DNA from: Macrostomum lignano
Taxonomy: Eukaryota
Direction: 5' to 3'
NCBI GenBank assembly: GCA_002269645.1
Contig: NIVC01002969.1
Location: 28,479-92,478, forward strand
DNA: 64,000 nucleotides
Shown: positions 24,946 to 51,500 of the stretch, in pieces
Numbering within the stretch: position 1 is the stretch's first letter
Layout of the letters: every line of letters starts with the position of its first letter
The notes under the pieces: generated by a model
What the model was told of the DNA's origin: nothing
Database searches by the model: none
The model's input: the letters and a program-made list of their open reading frames with translations, nothing else
Made by a program: the position numbers and the translations under genes

Positions 24946-26265
24946 AGTTCAGCTCACCCGAGGTCAGAGATCTGATGCACACACACACACCGAACAATGA
25001 GCCACGTTGACTCCATTCAAAACTGATTCAAACCGACGGAAATTGAAATACCCCAATTACACGAGACTATTTTCTCACCTTTTAATTCACCTGGCATTAA
25101 GGATCCGTGTTACGCTTCTGTCTTTTTACTTTTTACTTATGGCTTCCTACTCAAAGTAGAGGGTCGCGAATGGTGCTGTCAGTTTACAATGTAGAGTTCA
25201 ATCCCAATGTAGCCCGAGCAGCGCACGCCTGCAAACCCCGATTGTGAACAGAGAAATTTTCAGGCGCCAAAACAATATTCAGTTGTAGGAGCCTTAATGG
25301 TCCAGATTAAATTCTGCAGGGCCAATCGATTCCGCATTTCTGTCGAATCAATCATCGAGATCGTGACTCAGCAAACTCTGCACTGCCTTATTGTTTTAGC
25401 AGCTCCCAGTGGAGAAGAGGGTGAAATTCCTGACGGACTGACTCAGCAAGCACTGGGTGCACAGTGACTGCAGCGCGGTGTGCGAAATTCCCCAAGCGAG
25501 ATTCCAGTCTGCTTTTCGTCCCTCTAATAAAAGCCAAAAAGCATTACTGAGGACAGAAACACTGCAGCAATTCTTCAACACACAGTTCTGTCCACAGATA
25601 CTCATAAAAGCAGAAATATTCTTAGATTTATTTTGTCACAGCAATCAGCGAATACTCGAGCGACTGGTCGAAGGGGTCAGGCATGGGAACGTCAAGAGAC
25701 TGCATTAAAGCAAGAACTGGGAATAAATGAGAGGACAGAAGGAATGCATTGACCCAGGCAGCTTGGGCTCAGCTGGGCCAGGCACAACAAGAAACAAGAA
25801 AGCAGATAAAACTGACAAGTAAAAGAATACAATATCTCAAACACCAGTTGGCGGAAGCAGTCAAATCAAACAGTGAAGCCCCTATGGCGAGAATATGGCT
25901 GTCTCAGAAAAAACGACATAGAAGCACAGAAGCGTAGAGCAGCATTGGCTTGAGCTGTGCTCACTGCCAGCCCGTACAGCTAGAAGCTTGCGAGGAAGTG
26001 GGCAGAGAGAAATGAAGCCACACTGCGCCGTACAGTGGCTTGATGCCATCAAATTCGTGCCTGATATTAGAAGTTTATATTTGAAAATTCTGTTCTTTCC
26101 ACAGGAATTTAGCAGACTTTCGTAGAGTTTGGAGGAAAAAGGAAGAGCGGGCAATGCGAGCGGCAGGCAGGCAACTGTGAGCCCTGGAACTGTGCTTTGT
26201 CTGAACTGCAAAACTGAACAAACAGAGCCGGTGCCGAACAGTTCGTTCAGGTAGAAAATTCACAA

Positions 26266-38199
<11,934 letters not shown>

Positions 38200-40493
38200 T
38201 TTCAATACCAAAACGAATTATTGAAAGTTGAAGAAATTTGAAACAAAGCAGAAAACGACCAGGTATATTTGGTTTTAGCACAATTTATTAAATCTGTAAA
38301 GTGTTATTAATTAGTATTGAAAGTTGAAACAATTTAATCTCAAATTACAGTTCACAGTAATAATGGTTATCAAATGGAAAATGCAAAGTAGCTGTGTTCG
38401 CAAACTAGCTAGCTGTACTAGAAAAGTAACTAACTGAAACATTCTGTTTATGATAAGTCATAAAGTGATGTTCTTCGCAGTTTATGAATTTTGAATTTTA
38501 TGAAGTTTAATATTTTATACATCTATTTTACCTCTTGGGACAGTCCAGTAATAATACTTCTTGCAAAGCTTTAATTTGTTTTACTTTCTGACGTGTTATA
38601 ACTGGGCTTACAGTTTTACAGGACTTCACTTTCTTAAGTTTTAGATGTATTTACTATCATTCTCTTCATTTAATGCAATTAAAAACTCAAAGTAAACTGA
38701 TAATTCCTACTAATTGCTAGTTTTCCGTGCCTGAGATTTAGACATTATGATCACCACTCCGCTTTTTTTGTCTAGCTTAAATTGCCTTAAATAGAAGCAT
38801 GCAGCTCAGCAGTGAAGGTGGCTTTGGAAGGCTGCTTTCAGCAAAATCCCTACTGCAAAAGTGCTGATGGTCATCAAGTTGTCTTTGGTAATTATTTTTC
38901 GGGTTGAGCACCACCTGGATCAGTTTGGAGTGGCTGCCGTACTTCATGTTGAACACTAGCATTGACAGTGAAGTCACCACTGATCAATGAGTTTACATGT
39001 ATACGTGTAGATCTGATCCCCAGTGTCAGAGTCGCGGTTGACCCGAGCTCGGAGTGCCGATCAGTTCGGCTCTTTGAAACTTTGTGATGATCAAAAAATG
39101 TAAGTCACTGCAGAGCAACGTGAAAACACCACAGGACGACCTAAATCGGAAAAAGATGTTATGTTAGAATACCATTGAAGCATATATATACGGTTGAATA
39201 GGATCCGCTGGTCTTTTTCAAATTACTATTCTTATTTTCAGTATTGGCCTTTCGAATTTTAATTGTACATGGTAGAATTGCAGTGTTGATGGCAGAGATA
39301 TGAATTTACATGTATTACAAGAAGCTTGCACGAGCCATTAATTACATGTGGTTACTTCAGTATTTACTTACTTACTTAGTACTTACTTCACTTAAAGCTA
39401 TAGCTTTTGAGTTACACTTTAATCAGAAATAACTCAGAAACAAATTGAACCGCGTTTGCAAAATGCTTTCTTTATTTGCTAAGCACTGTTGCTCTGCTCA
39501 AATAGAAAATATTCAGATAACATATAATGAGCTAAATTGCTATAGGCTGGGTGTTCATCACAATAGAATTTGATAATATGCTACTGCAGGTGAAAGGGGA
39601 AGGAGGATTGGCTAGTGCATCGCAGGTCTGCACTGAAACTAAAATGGCGCACTTGACAGTATCATTTTTGAGATTGCTTGAAGTCGGAGATGAAAGAGGA
39701 TAAGATAATGGGAGGCAATTTATCTGTCTGCTCACATCGAGTCCCCTGCGCATCGCATTAACTGCAGGCACAGCTCAATCTCACCACCTTGACCGCAGCT
39801 GACTTTGAGGACGCCAACAGCCTCGGCTGCTCTGGCCCGGACCGACCTACTCAAACTATATGCTGACTCTGCTACTCAATACAAATGACACAATGGGACG
39901 ATCACAGCAGTGTTCTAATCTCATGGCTAACGATCATGAATCGCACAATAATATTCTCAGTAATTGTGCAGGCAAGTATAGTATTAGATGATGGCCAGCA
40001 GCGACGCCGAAGTGGAACATTCATCAGTTCATTTTTTAGCTACAGCATGCATGGTTTTGCATTGGAGAAGCTTCGAGTAATCGAACGAATCAAATGCTTT
40101 CAGTACCAAACTTCGCTCCAGTACTTTGATTTGAAAGCTGACTGCCCGTGGTAAACAGCTGGATTACAGCCAGGGCGGCCAACACTCACCGCATACGAGA
40201 ATATTCTCTGAGCCAACCCGCTGCAAAGCTGAAAATGCAACGATGAAATTGAAAGCTTTCCTAAAGGTACGCGTATCACTGAACCATTTTGTGAGCAATA
40301 GAGGTGAGGGGCGCTGATGATAACAGGTGGGACATGCCTTTGGCAGTCGGCCCGTTCTATGGAGTAATAATTTGCGTTAGGAATAATAGAAGCTTGGAGT
40401 GCAGCGATTAATCAGGAAAAGAATGCTATATGCCAGACTGGCAGCGATTATGCGTGAGACAAATGGGATTAGAGCGAAGTTCCGCAGATGTGG

Positions 40494-43400
40494 CTAGACC
40501 CGATCCGTGTCGCCATGGTAGCTGCGTCTGTCGTTGCTATGGGAACGCGAGCCGGCCGAGCGGGCCCTCCTGTGAGCGGCGGCTGCCGAGCTGTTGGACC
40601 TGCGGCTGGCACCAGAGCCGCGCCTGGGTTGAGGCGGGGCTGTAGGCGAGGGACAAAGTGTTTTTGCAACTGCAGGCGAGACTGGATGGTGCAGGTGAGA
40701 CTGGTGCAGGTGAGACTGGTGCAGGTGAGACTGGTGCAGGTGAGACTGGTGCAGGTGAGACTGGTGCAGGTGAGACTGGTGCAGGTGAGACTGGTGCAGG
40801 TGAGACTGGTGCAGGTGAGACTGGTGCAGGTGAGACTGGTGCAGGTGAGACTGGTGCAGGTGAGACTGGTGCAGGTGAGACTGGTGCAGGTGAGACTGGT
40901 GCAGGTGAGACTGGTGCAGGTGAGACTGGTGCAGGTGAGACTGGTGCAGGTGAGACTGGTGCAGGTGAGACTGGTGCAGGTGAGACTGGTGCAGGTGAGA
41001 CTGGTGCAGGTGAGACTGGTGCAGGTGAGACTGGTGCAGGTGAGACTGGTGCAGGTGAGACTGGTGCAGGTGAGACTGGTGCAGGTGAGACTGGTGCAGG
41101 TGAGACTGGTGCAGGTGAGACTGGTGCAGGTGAGACTGGTGCAGGTGAGACTGGTGCAGGTGAGACTGGTGCAGGTGAGACTGGTGCAGGTGAGACTGGT
41201 GCAGGTGAGACTGGTGCAGGTGAGACTGGTGCAGGTGAGACTGGTGCAGGTGAGACTGGTGCAGGTGAGACTGGTGCAGGTGAGACTGGTGCAGGTGAGA
41301 CTGGTGCAGGTGAGACTGGTGCAGGTGAGACTGGTGCAGGTGAGACTGGTGCAGGTGAGACTGGTGCAGGTGAGACTGGTGCAGGTGAGACTGGTGCAGG
41401 TGAGACTGGTGCAGGTGAGACTGGTGCAGTTGAGACTGGTGCAGGTGAGACTATGATAACAGATTTGACAACAGGTTAAAGTCCAGAGCAGTGCTACTCA
41501 CTATCGCTTTGCACCCAGATATCCAGGATGTACTGCAGTACATGCGACATTCTGCCGAGCTGCAGAAAGCTAGCCTCCATGATCCGGGCTGAGTCAGGCG
41601 ATGGATAGAGCAGCAGTGGGCCCAGGCAGGTGGCCAGCTGGTCAAGGGTCATCTTGTTGGCATCTGATCGAAGCGCCACCCGCTTTAGGTGGTCCAGAAT
41701 TGCCACCAGAGTCTCCTGTGAGGATGAAGGGTGCGAGAGTTCAAGTCATGATTTGGCAGGACTGGCTATTAAAAACTTGGAGCTCCCACACGGGTGGTGC
41801 GCTCATTTATTTGAATATTTGATCCATGTAGATACTGAGCATTGGGCAATGTACATTAGATAGAAATGCCTTCAGATCAGGCAATGTACGCTAAACCACG
41901 CACGGGGTGTCGGAGAACAGGAGCGGTCGCTTACTACTCGTAGTTAAATAAGTGCATCACAAAGGGGAGGCAGGGTTTGCTACCGGAGCACAAACTACTC
42001 GTTCTTCGGAGGGAAGTGCAAGGTTAATGCGTCTGCGTCTCGTGCCAAAGAGCTCATGCCTGATCCCATGAGCGGTCGCATTCATTTTGGTCACGTGACC
42101 GAAAATTGGTCTGGGCTTGTGGAATTCTCACCCATGAGGGCCAATCCCTAAGGCTTAGATTGTGTACAAGCCTGGAGATGAGGAACTTAGGGCCGCAGTT
42201 CACCCTATGTAAGTGTGCGCGTACATGTGCGTTTTGGTCAGCAAAATGAGCATGGCTGCTTGCCTCCTCGATAGCTACGGGTCGACTGTCGCTTTGATTT
42301 GTTCCAGTGCTCAACCCACCTGCAGAATAACAAACTAAATCAGTACTAAACTAAATCTTTCTCAATTCCCTGCGATCAAAGCCAAAATGGAACAGGAACT
42401 ACTCGGATCATCTGAGATTAATAAATCCAAAAACTTACATAAAAAGGTGTATAATATTGTCTTTGTCTGCGAACAGCCTTGTGACTTTAAGCTGCATTAA
42501 TTCTCTGTGGTATTACTTTGTGTCCTGGCTTATTCTAAATAGCGCGCCCAAAACTCAATGGCAGCCGCATTCCGGGTGTCAGAGCGGCAGGCACATGGGT
42601 AGCGGCTCTGACTCAGGCTTCAATGGCAGCCGCATCCCGGGTGTCAGAGCGGCAGGCACATGGGTAGCGGCTCTGACTCAGGCTTCAATGGCAGCCGCAT
42701 CCCGGGTGTCAGAGCGGCAGGCACATGGGTAGCGGCTCTGACTCAGGCTTCAATGGCAGCCGCATCCCGGGTGTCAGAGCGGCAGGCACATGGGTAGCGG
42801 CTCTGACTCAGGCTTCGCTCATCAATATGTGGAGCTTAGGAATTCGCTCATGAGTGCAAGAATAAAAATGCAAATTACTGCGGCCAGCAGCTTGGGTAAC
42901 TCAATAATGCAAATGGAAAGACACACAAATGCAAATTGCAAGCTGATTCAGCCGTCTGTCTTGGAGTAAATTAGCAGCTTGTGCCCCGGTTGATATCGAA
43001 TTATCCAGGGCCCCCACGAAGGCCTTGCGAATCGAGGTGAGAATTTCGCGATTCGCTCTGGCTGTCAGGCCTAAGAGAAGCACACAGTGCCACTTGGGTA
43101 AATTAAGTTAGCAGACATACAGGCCATTAAACATCGCTTCCACGGATCCAAGGGAAAATTATTTTCAAAAATAAAAATCTGGGTTGATCTTTAACTCCGT
43201 AAACTGGATGGGAGCAGTACAGAAACGATCGTATTACACAATGTATTTTATGAGATACGGTCTGCTGTGAGCTGACTCGACTGCTTCACCTGCCCCAGCT
43301 AGTTCAGCTGCACCACCTGCCCCAGCTAGTTCAGCTGCATCACCTGCCCCAGCTAGTTCAGCTGCTTCAGCTGCCTCATCTGCCCTGCCCACAAAATCCT

Positions 43401-45524
43401 TGCGGCCCGCTAACAGGCACTCTGAGGAAAAGATCGCATGGAATGAAAATGCCGGGCAGGCAGGGCAGCTAGGGGGGCGGGGCTGAGTGGGAGCAGACAG
43501 GCATCTAATGATTTCCCCCAGTATCGATCCTCATGGTGCACTGAATTGAATGCCCCTCTCTTGAGCCTCTGCCGCACTCCGCAGTCGCTCGTGCCTCCTC
43601 ATCAAGAGGAAGGGAAAGCCCAGCGACTTGCCGGTCACGAAAGAGGATGCGGCACTCATGCAGGACCGCCGCTGTCTCCACCGACTTTACTCTCTCTTAG
43701 GACTGGGCAGCGGGACTGCCGAGAGTCACAATTTCACTCCTGTTGCTTTTAGGAGCAAAAACCTTTGTGGAAAGCACCACCCGCCAAGACCAAGCATGCC
43801 CAGAGATGAGTCGTCAGACTGAGCGGCAGAAGTCTTCCCAGCAGTTGCGGCCATGCTGCCTGATGGGAGAAAGCAAAGAGCTGAGATTTTGTGGCATTAA
43901 CAGTACGCGGACTAGCGGGCTCTGCTCTTTAGTAGCCTTGTTAGAGAAAGTATCTAGCGTAAAGAAACAAATACGTGCATGATCCATGACCGAAGTGCAG
44001 CTTGCACTGTTGAAGAGTTTTTGTTAGCTAAACAGATCAATGCGAATGAAAGCATGGCGATCGATTCCTGACAGCACATGAAAAAATCAACTAGGTAAAG
44101 CTTGCTTATTGATGTCTGCACCCCCATGTGGAAAGATTGCTCAGAGCAAACACCCAAGAGCCACAGACCAGCCAGGGCAAAGTCCCTGACAGCTGGCTCA
44201 GGAGGGGAGGCGGCCACTCACTTGATTGACGGGCGGCAAACAGTCCAGGATGCTGAGCATGAGCTTGGCGCCGCCGCGCGGATCCCCGGGGATTTCCACG
44301 GCCAGAGCGTCCAGCAGCATGCGGTACAGAGCGTTGGTGAACAGCGGCTCCGGCAGCTCGCGAACAAAGTCCTTCAGGAGGCCTGCGATCAGCGGTGGGG
44401 TTGGCTGTCGATTAATCTGATCCCGAAATTATTCCCAGCTTCCCAATACGGGGCCTAGAAATCAATCGATTGTCTAGAGCACGAATATCCGATACTGACC
44501 GGCACAGCTTCAGCTTTCTCTCTACGAGAGCATGACCAAGGCATGCCTGGCCCCTGCTGTGAGCCTGTCTGCAACCGGCCTCATCCGCTTTCCTTCATCT
44601 TGCAATGATAATTTTTTAAAGCCTTACTGAGAAAATACGGGAAACCCATAGCAAAAAAGATAGCCGGGCAGTCCAACTCACCTGTGACTGCATGAATGTC
44701 GGGCACCTTGTCAGCTGAAAGGTCCACCTTGCCAGGTCGCCGCTCGAAGGCTTCCCGCAGGCTTATCTTGCTCTTGTTGGAGCCGCACAGCCGGTAGATG
44801 CCGGGAATGTCCAGACCGCGCCGCTCCACCTCGTCGATGCACTTTTGCACGAGCAGCGGCACCTGTTGGCCGGATTTCTCCCGGCGCACGAGGATATCAA
44901 TGGGAACCCCAAAGATGGACGAATGCATCCGAGGCGACTGCGTACGGCACATCACTTCGGAGATGGAGTAGCAGGTCAGCTCAAAGTAGAGGCAGCCCTT
45001 GGGCTCCATGCCCAGGGCGATGCGCTCGGAGCGAATGCAGCGGTGCCGGAAGGAGGCTGCGAGGCTCACGAGGTTGACGCTGCCGTGGAAGCAGAGGCGG
45101 TGCTTGTTGCTCGGGTCCCACTGGTACAGCAGGAATCCAAGGCCGCGGGCTCCGGCTGCAAACAGATCAAACTGCTCGTCCCAATGGAAACATTCGGTGC
45201 TGGTGCGGATGAGGGAGCGGGCCATGCGGACGGAGTCCAGCTCCAGCAGGCAGTAGAGATCCCTCAGCGCCACTACAGGCGCGTGCAGGCCGGTGCCAGC
45301 CACCACGTGGACTCGCAGGACCCCGTCGATGCCGGCTGGATGGCCGGGACCCAGAGACCGCGCACTGCGGTCGGACGGGCACGGCCGGAACTCGTGCAGG
45401 CTCAAGCGGCCGGCCTGGCCCCTACGGCTTCGGCAGGAGCCCCAGCTGCCGCCAGCCCCACCGCTGCCGCCACGCAGAAAGCAGCTGCCCCCACCTGCAC
45501 AGTTGTTGCTTGCCACCAAAGGAA

Positions 45525-45564
<40 letters not shown>

Positions 45565-48500
45565 ATGAAGTTGCAGATTTTGCGGTTGCTGGAGCAGCGG
45601 CTGTTGGGGTTGATAAAAAGCTGCTTGGGGCAGCAGCTGAGATGAGCCCACCGAGTAGGGGTAGGTTTGGTAGCCGGGGTCGAAAGACGAGTGGTGCTGC
45701 AGAGGCAGACACTCGCTGCTCATCTGCCTGCCCGAAGCCAGTTGCACCTGCCGCTGTCTTTCCCAAGTGGGCGGGTAGCGGCCAGCGGGCCTGGCAGAGT
45801 CGCTGGTGTAATAGCCATCCAGCTGGTGGCTGCCCGCAGCCCCCCAGTAACTCGCGCCCACAGGTGGCGGCACCTCGAATCCCTGCGGCATGGGCACGGG
45901 CGCAAACTCCGGTGGAGGCGGCGCCGCTGCAAATCGTGTGTTGGGACGGCAAGCTGAATTGGCTCTGCAGTTAGGGCCAATCCGGCTACAGTCGCATTAT
46001 AGTTCCAACAATTATAATTCCTGTCTTTTAGTTAGTACAGGGATATTATTTGTTGATCTGCTCCGCGCTTGCGGAATCAATCTGTCCTCTCAGCCTTTCT
46101 GCATTACCCCTTAGGACGAGGTTTACCGCCCACATCTATTATTTCTAAAAAAGTACAAGTCAGCTGACTCGATTGAAAGCGGAAGGCTATTGTCGAGTAC
46201 TCGTAAATCCCTTGCTGGGGAAGAAGACACCTCATTTCGCTGGAGCTGCAGCCAAATCCTATCAGCCCCCGCAATCTAAATTCTGCCTGTCTTCTCTCCC
46301 AGCTGGTTAGCACTTCGAGCCGAGCTCTGCCGCAGAGGCTCTACTACCCGCTCCCTTCTGCGGACGGACAGGCCTCGCTCCCCTCGTCACTTGCCGCTGC
46401 TTGATGGGGTTAGAGAAGTGCAGATGTACTTTTCCACCCGCCATCGCGCAAATAAAGGCCGCGGGGCTCTGCACACATTGCTTAGAGAGCTCCGGGTCGG
46501 CCTAACTGGAGCAGGCAAGGACTTTCTCTGTGTGCAATTTGGCGGTGGGATGAGTGAATTGAGGTACGTAGTGTGCCGCAGCTCAAGCAGGCATGTAGGA
46601 CTGCAGAGTTCTCTCGTACAGTACGTGGGATGGGACGGAATGAGAGAGAAAGAGCGGTCACAGAGTTCGAGGCCCTCCTGTCCCAGGTGGCGGTGCAGGA
46701 ATGTACGGCGCCAATCCATCCCCTCCTCTCTCTTCCCATCCAGCTCGATCCCTTCCGGTCGTCTCAGCCGCCCACTGCTCCCAGCAGCTCCCTCTCGTTT
46801 AGCCTTGCCCAGCAAGCCACTCGAACTCGCCCCGGTGGCCTCTCGACAGACGCCAGCCCTCATCCCCTCAATCTCAACCGCCGCCTCTCGATCCCATCCC
46901 GCTCATCCCCTTCCACTCGCGGGCATGCCAGATGTAGCGGCTCTGCGGCTGCACCTGCCTTCCTGCTGTGTCGGCCTTCTTCTCTCCCTTTCTTTCGACA
47001 CGCAGCGAAATTTCGCAGAGTCACGCTCGCCTCTCTTATTTCGGCATCTCCCTTCCTCAAAAGCTCCAAGCCAGTGACACAGAAATTCCCAAAGAGAGTG
47101 AGCGGGAAAGAGCACTAGCGCTGGTGTTAACTATTGATGGGGCACAGCGCCCTGCTATTCCAGCTTCCCTGGCATCCACTAATTCGCAGCCCCATCAGCA
47201 CTCAGATTTCCCAACTGTGGGGAGATTTGGATGAAAAAAGCATTCTGGAGCTGCCGCTGGTAGGCAGGCGCTGGTGGCAATGCGGATGGAGTAGCAGGGT
47301 GGAAGAGCGGTGTGGGCTGGGGCAGCATTCAAGGGAGAAAGTAGCAAAGGAGTTTCCTATGGTCTGCTTCTGAGGTGTGCTTTGAGAGTGGCGCCTTGGA
47401 TATTTCTGAGGCACAGCATAGCACCTGCCAACTCACAATTGGCGCTGAAGGAGGCGTTTGGATTTTTCTGCTAAGAATTTGTACTACAAAATAGCAAAAC
47501 TTGTAAAGTTCTTAAAGGGTTAGTGAGTGACACAAAAATGCTGGAAGGTGAAGAGGAGGCAGTGAGAGTGACACAGAATGCTGGGAGGTGAAGAGGAGGC
47601 AGTGAGAGTGACACAAAAATGCTGGGAGGTGAAGAGGAGGCAGTGAGAGTGACACAGAATGCTGGGAGGTGAAGAGGAGGCAGTGAGAGTGACACAAAAA
47701 TGCTGGAAGGTGAAGAGGAGGCAGTGAGAGTGACACAAAATGCTGGAAGGTGAAGAGGAGGCAGTGAGAGTGACACAGAATGCTGGGAGGTGAAGAGGAG
47801 GCAGTGAGAGTGACACAAAAATGCTGGAAGGTGAAGAGGAGGCAGTGAGAGTGACACAGAATGCTGGGAGGTGAAGAGGAGGCAGTGAGAGTGACACAGA
47901 ATGCTGGGAGGTGAAGAGGAGGCAGTGAGAGTGACACAGAATGCTGGGAGGTGAAGAGGAGGCAGTGAGAGTGACACAGAATGCTGGGAGGTGAAGAGGA
48001 GGCAGTGAGAGTGACACAGAATGCTGGGAGGTGAAGAGGAGGCAGTGAGAGTGACACAGAATGCTGGGAGGTGAAGAGGAGGCAGTGAGAGTGACACAGA
48101 ATGCTGGGAGGTGAAGAGGAGGCAGTGAGAGTGACACAGAATGCTGGGAGGTGAAGAGGAGGCAGTGAGTGTGACAAAAAAATGCTGGAAGGTGAAGAGG
48201 AGGCAGTGAGAGTGACACAAAAATGCTGGAAGGTGAAGAGGAGGCAGTGAGAGTGACACAAAAATGCTGGAAGGTGAAGAGGAGGCAGTGAGAGTGACAC
48301 AGAATGCTGGGAGGTGAAGAGGAGGCAGTGAGAGTGACACAGAATGCTGGGAGGTGAAGAGGAGGCAGTGAGAGTGACACAGAATGCTGGGAGGTGAAGA
48401 GGAGGCAGTGAGAGTGACACAAAAATGCTGGAAGGTGAAGAGGAGGCAGTGAGAGTGACACAGAATGCTGGGAGGTGAAGAGGAGGCAGTGAGAGTGACA

Positions 48501-51500
48501 CAGAATGCTGAGAGGTGGAGAGGAGGCAGTGAGAGTGACACAGAATGCTGGGAGGTGAAGAGGAGGCAGTGAGAGTGACACAGAATGCTGGGAGGTGAAG
48601 AGGAGGCAGTGAGAGTGACACAGAATGCTGAGAGGTGGAGAGGAGGCAGTGAGAGTGACACAGAATGCTGAGAGGTGGAGAGGAGGCAGTGAGAGTGACA
48701 CAGAATGCTGGAGGTGAAGAGGAGGCAGTGAGAGTGACACAGAATGCTATGAGGTGGAGAGGAGGCAATGAGAGTGACACAGAATGCTAGGTGGAGAGGA
48801 GGCAATGAGAGTGACACAGAATGCTATGAGGTGGAGAGGAGGCAATGAGAGTGACACAGAATGCTATGAGGTGGAGAGGAGGCAATGAGAGTGACACAGA
48901 ATGCTAGGTGGAGAGGAGGCAGTGAGAGTGACACAGAATGCTGAGAGGTGGAGAGGAGGCAGTGAGAGTGACACAGAATGCTGGGAGGTGAAGAGGAGGC
49001 AGTGTGAGTGACACAGAATGCTGGGAGGTGAAGAGGAGGCAGTGAGAGTGACACAGAATGCTGAGAGGTGGAGAGGAGGCAATGAGAGTGACACAGAATG
49101 CTGAGAGGTGGAGAGGAGGCAGTGAGAGTGACACAGAATGCTGGGAGGTGAAGAGGAGGCAATGAGAGTGACACAGAATGCTATGAGGTGGAGAGGAGGC
49201 AATGAGAGTGACACAGAATGCTAGGTGAAGAGGAGGCAGTGAGAGTGACACAGAATGCTGGCACAGAATGCTGGGAGGTAGAGAGGAGGCAGTGAGAGTG
49301 ACACAGAATGCTGGGAGGTGAAGAGGAGGCAGTGAGAGTGACACAGAATGCTGAGAGGTGGAGAGGAGGCAGTGAGAGTGACACAGAATGCTGGGAGGTG
49401 AAGAGGAGGCAATGAGAGTGACACAGAATGCTATGAGGTGGAGAGGAGGCAATGAGAGTGACACAGAATGCTAGGTGGAGAGGAGGCAATGAGAGTGACA
49501 CAGAATGCTATGAGGTGGAGAGGAGGCAATGAGAGTGACACAGAATGCTATGAGGTGGAGAGGAGGCAATGAGAGTGACACAGAATGCTAGGTGGAGAGG
49601 AGGCAGTGAGAGTGACACAGAATGCTGGCACAGAACGCTGGGAGGTGGAGAGGAGGCAGTGAGAGTGACACAGAATGCTGGGTGAAGAGGAGGCAGTGAG
49701 AGTGACACAAAAATGCTGAGAGGTGGAGAGGAGGCAGTGAGAGTGACACAGAATGCTGGGTGAAGAGGAGGCAGTGAGAGTGACACAAAAATGCTGAGAG
49801 GTGGAGAGGAGGCAGTGAGAGTGACACAGAATGCTGGGTGAAGAGGAGGCAGTGAGAGTGACACAGAATGCTGGGTGAAGAGGAGGCAGTGAGAATGACA
49901 CAATGCTATGAGGTGGAGAGGAGGCAATGAGAGTGACACAGAATGCTAGGTGGAGAGGAGGCAATGAGAGTGACACAGAATGCTATGAGGTGGAGAGGAG
50001 GCAATGAGAGTGACACAGAATGCTATGAGGTGGAGAGGAGGCAATGAGAGTGACACAGAATGCTAGGTGGAGAGGAGGCAGTGAGAGTGACACAGAATGC
50101 TGAGAGGTGGAGAGGAGGCAGTGAGAGTGACACAGAATGCTGGGAGGTGAAGAGGAGGCAGTGTGAGTGACACAGAATGCTGGAGGTGAAGAGGAGGCAG
50201 TGAGAGTGACACAGAATGCTGAGAGGTGGAGAGGAGGCAATGAGAGTGACACAGAATGCTGAGAGGTGGAGAGGAGGCAGTGAGAGTGACACAGAATGCT
50301 GGGAGGTGAAGAGGAGGCAATGAGAGTGACACAGAATGCTATGAGGTGGAGAGGAGGCAATGAGAGTGACACAGAATGCTAGGTGGAGAGGAGGCAGTGA
50401 GAGTGACACAGAATGCTGGCACAGAATGCTGGGAGGTAGAGAGGAGGCAGTGAGAGTGACACAGAATGCTGGGAGGTGAAGAGGAGGCAGTGAGAGTGAC
50501 ACAGAATGCTGGGTGAAGAGGAGGCAGTGAGAGTGACACAGAATGCTGGGTGAAGAGGAGGCAGTGAGAATGACACAATGCTATGAGGTGGAGAGGAGGC
50601 AATGAGAGTGACACAGAATGCTAGGTGGAGAGGAGGCAATGAGAGTGACACAGAATGCTATGAGGTGGAGAGGAGGCAATGAGAGTGACACAGAATGCTA
50701 TGAGGTGGAGAGGAGGCAATGAGAGTGACACAGAATGCTAGGTGGAGAGGAGGCAGTGAGAGTGACACAGAATGCTGGCACAGAACGCTGGGAGGTGGAG
50801 AGGAGGCAGTGAGAGTGACACAGAATGCTGGGTGAAGAGGAGGCAGTGAGAGTGACACAAAAATGCTGAGAGGTGGAGAGGAGGCAGTGAGAGTGACACA
50901 GAATGCTGGGTGAAGAGGAGGCAGTGAGAGTGACACAAAAATGCTGAGAGGTGGAGAGGAGGCAGTGAGAGTGACACAGAATGCTGGGTGAAGAGGAGGC
51001 AGTGAGAGTGACACAGAATGCTGGGTGAAGAGGAGGCAGTGAGAATGACACAATGCTATGAGGTGGAGAGGAGGCAATGAGAGTGACACAGAATGCTAGG
51101 TGGAGAGGAGGCAGTGAGAGTGACACAGAATGCTGGCACAGAATGCTGGGAGGTGGAGAGGAGGCAGTGAGAGTGACACAGAATGCTGGGTGAAGAGGAG
51201 GCAGTGAGAGTGACACAAAAATGCTGAGAGGTGGAGAGGAGGCAGTGAGAGTGACACAATGCTATGAGGTGGAGAGGAGGCAATGAGAGTGACAAAGAAT
51301 GCTAGGTGGAGAGGAGGCAGTGAGAGTGACACAGAATGCTGGCACAGAATGCTGGGAGGTGGAGAGGAGGCAGTGAGAGTGACACAGAATGCTGGGTGAA
51401 GAGGAGGCAGTGAGAGTGACACAAAATGCTGAGAGGTGGAGAGGAGGCAGTGAGAGTGACACAGAATGCTGGGTGAAGAGGAGGCAGTGAGAGTGACACA

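Noticed and set aside
38777-38980. HFCSRDF as a THAP domain
   Set aside because: The other THAP residues (C2CH spacing, conserved P and W) are missing.
40488-41479. + strand ORFs (VQVRL)n and (AGET)n as proteins
   Set aside because: They are stop-free by-products of a 15-bp repeat, antisense to the RhoGAP intron.
41494-41501. RhoGAP ending at the TAG at 41494-41496
   Set aside because: A strong GTGAGT donor overlaps it and splices in phase to exon 40669-40494; intron retention is not excluded.
46387-47118. Overlapping 158-228-aa ORFs in the RhoGAP intron
   Set aside because: No recognisable motifs and low-complexity composition; more likely an alternative promoter or UTR.
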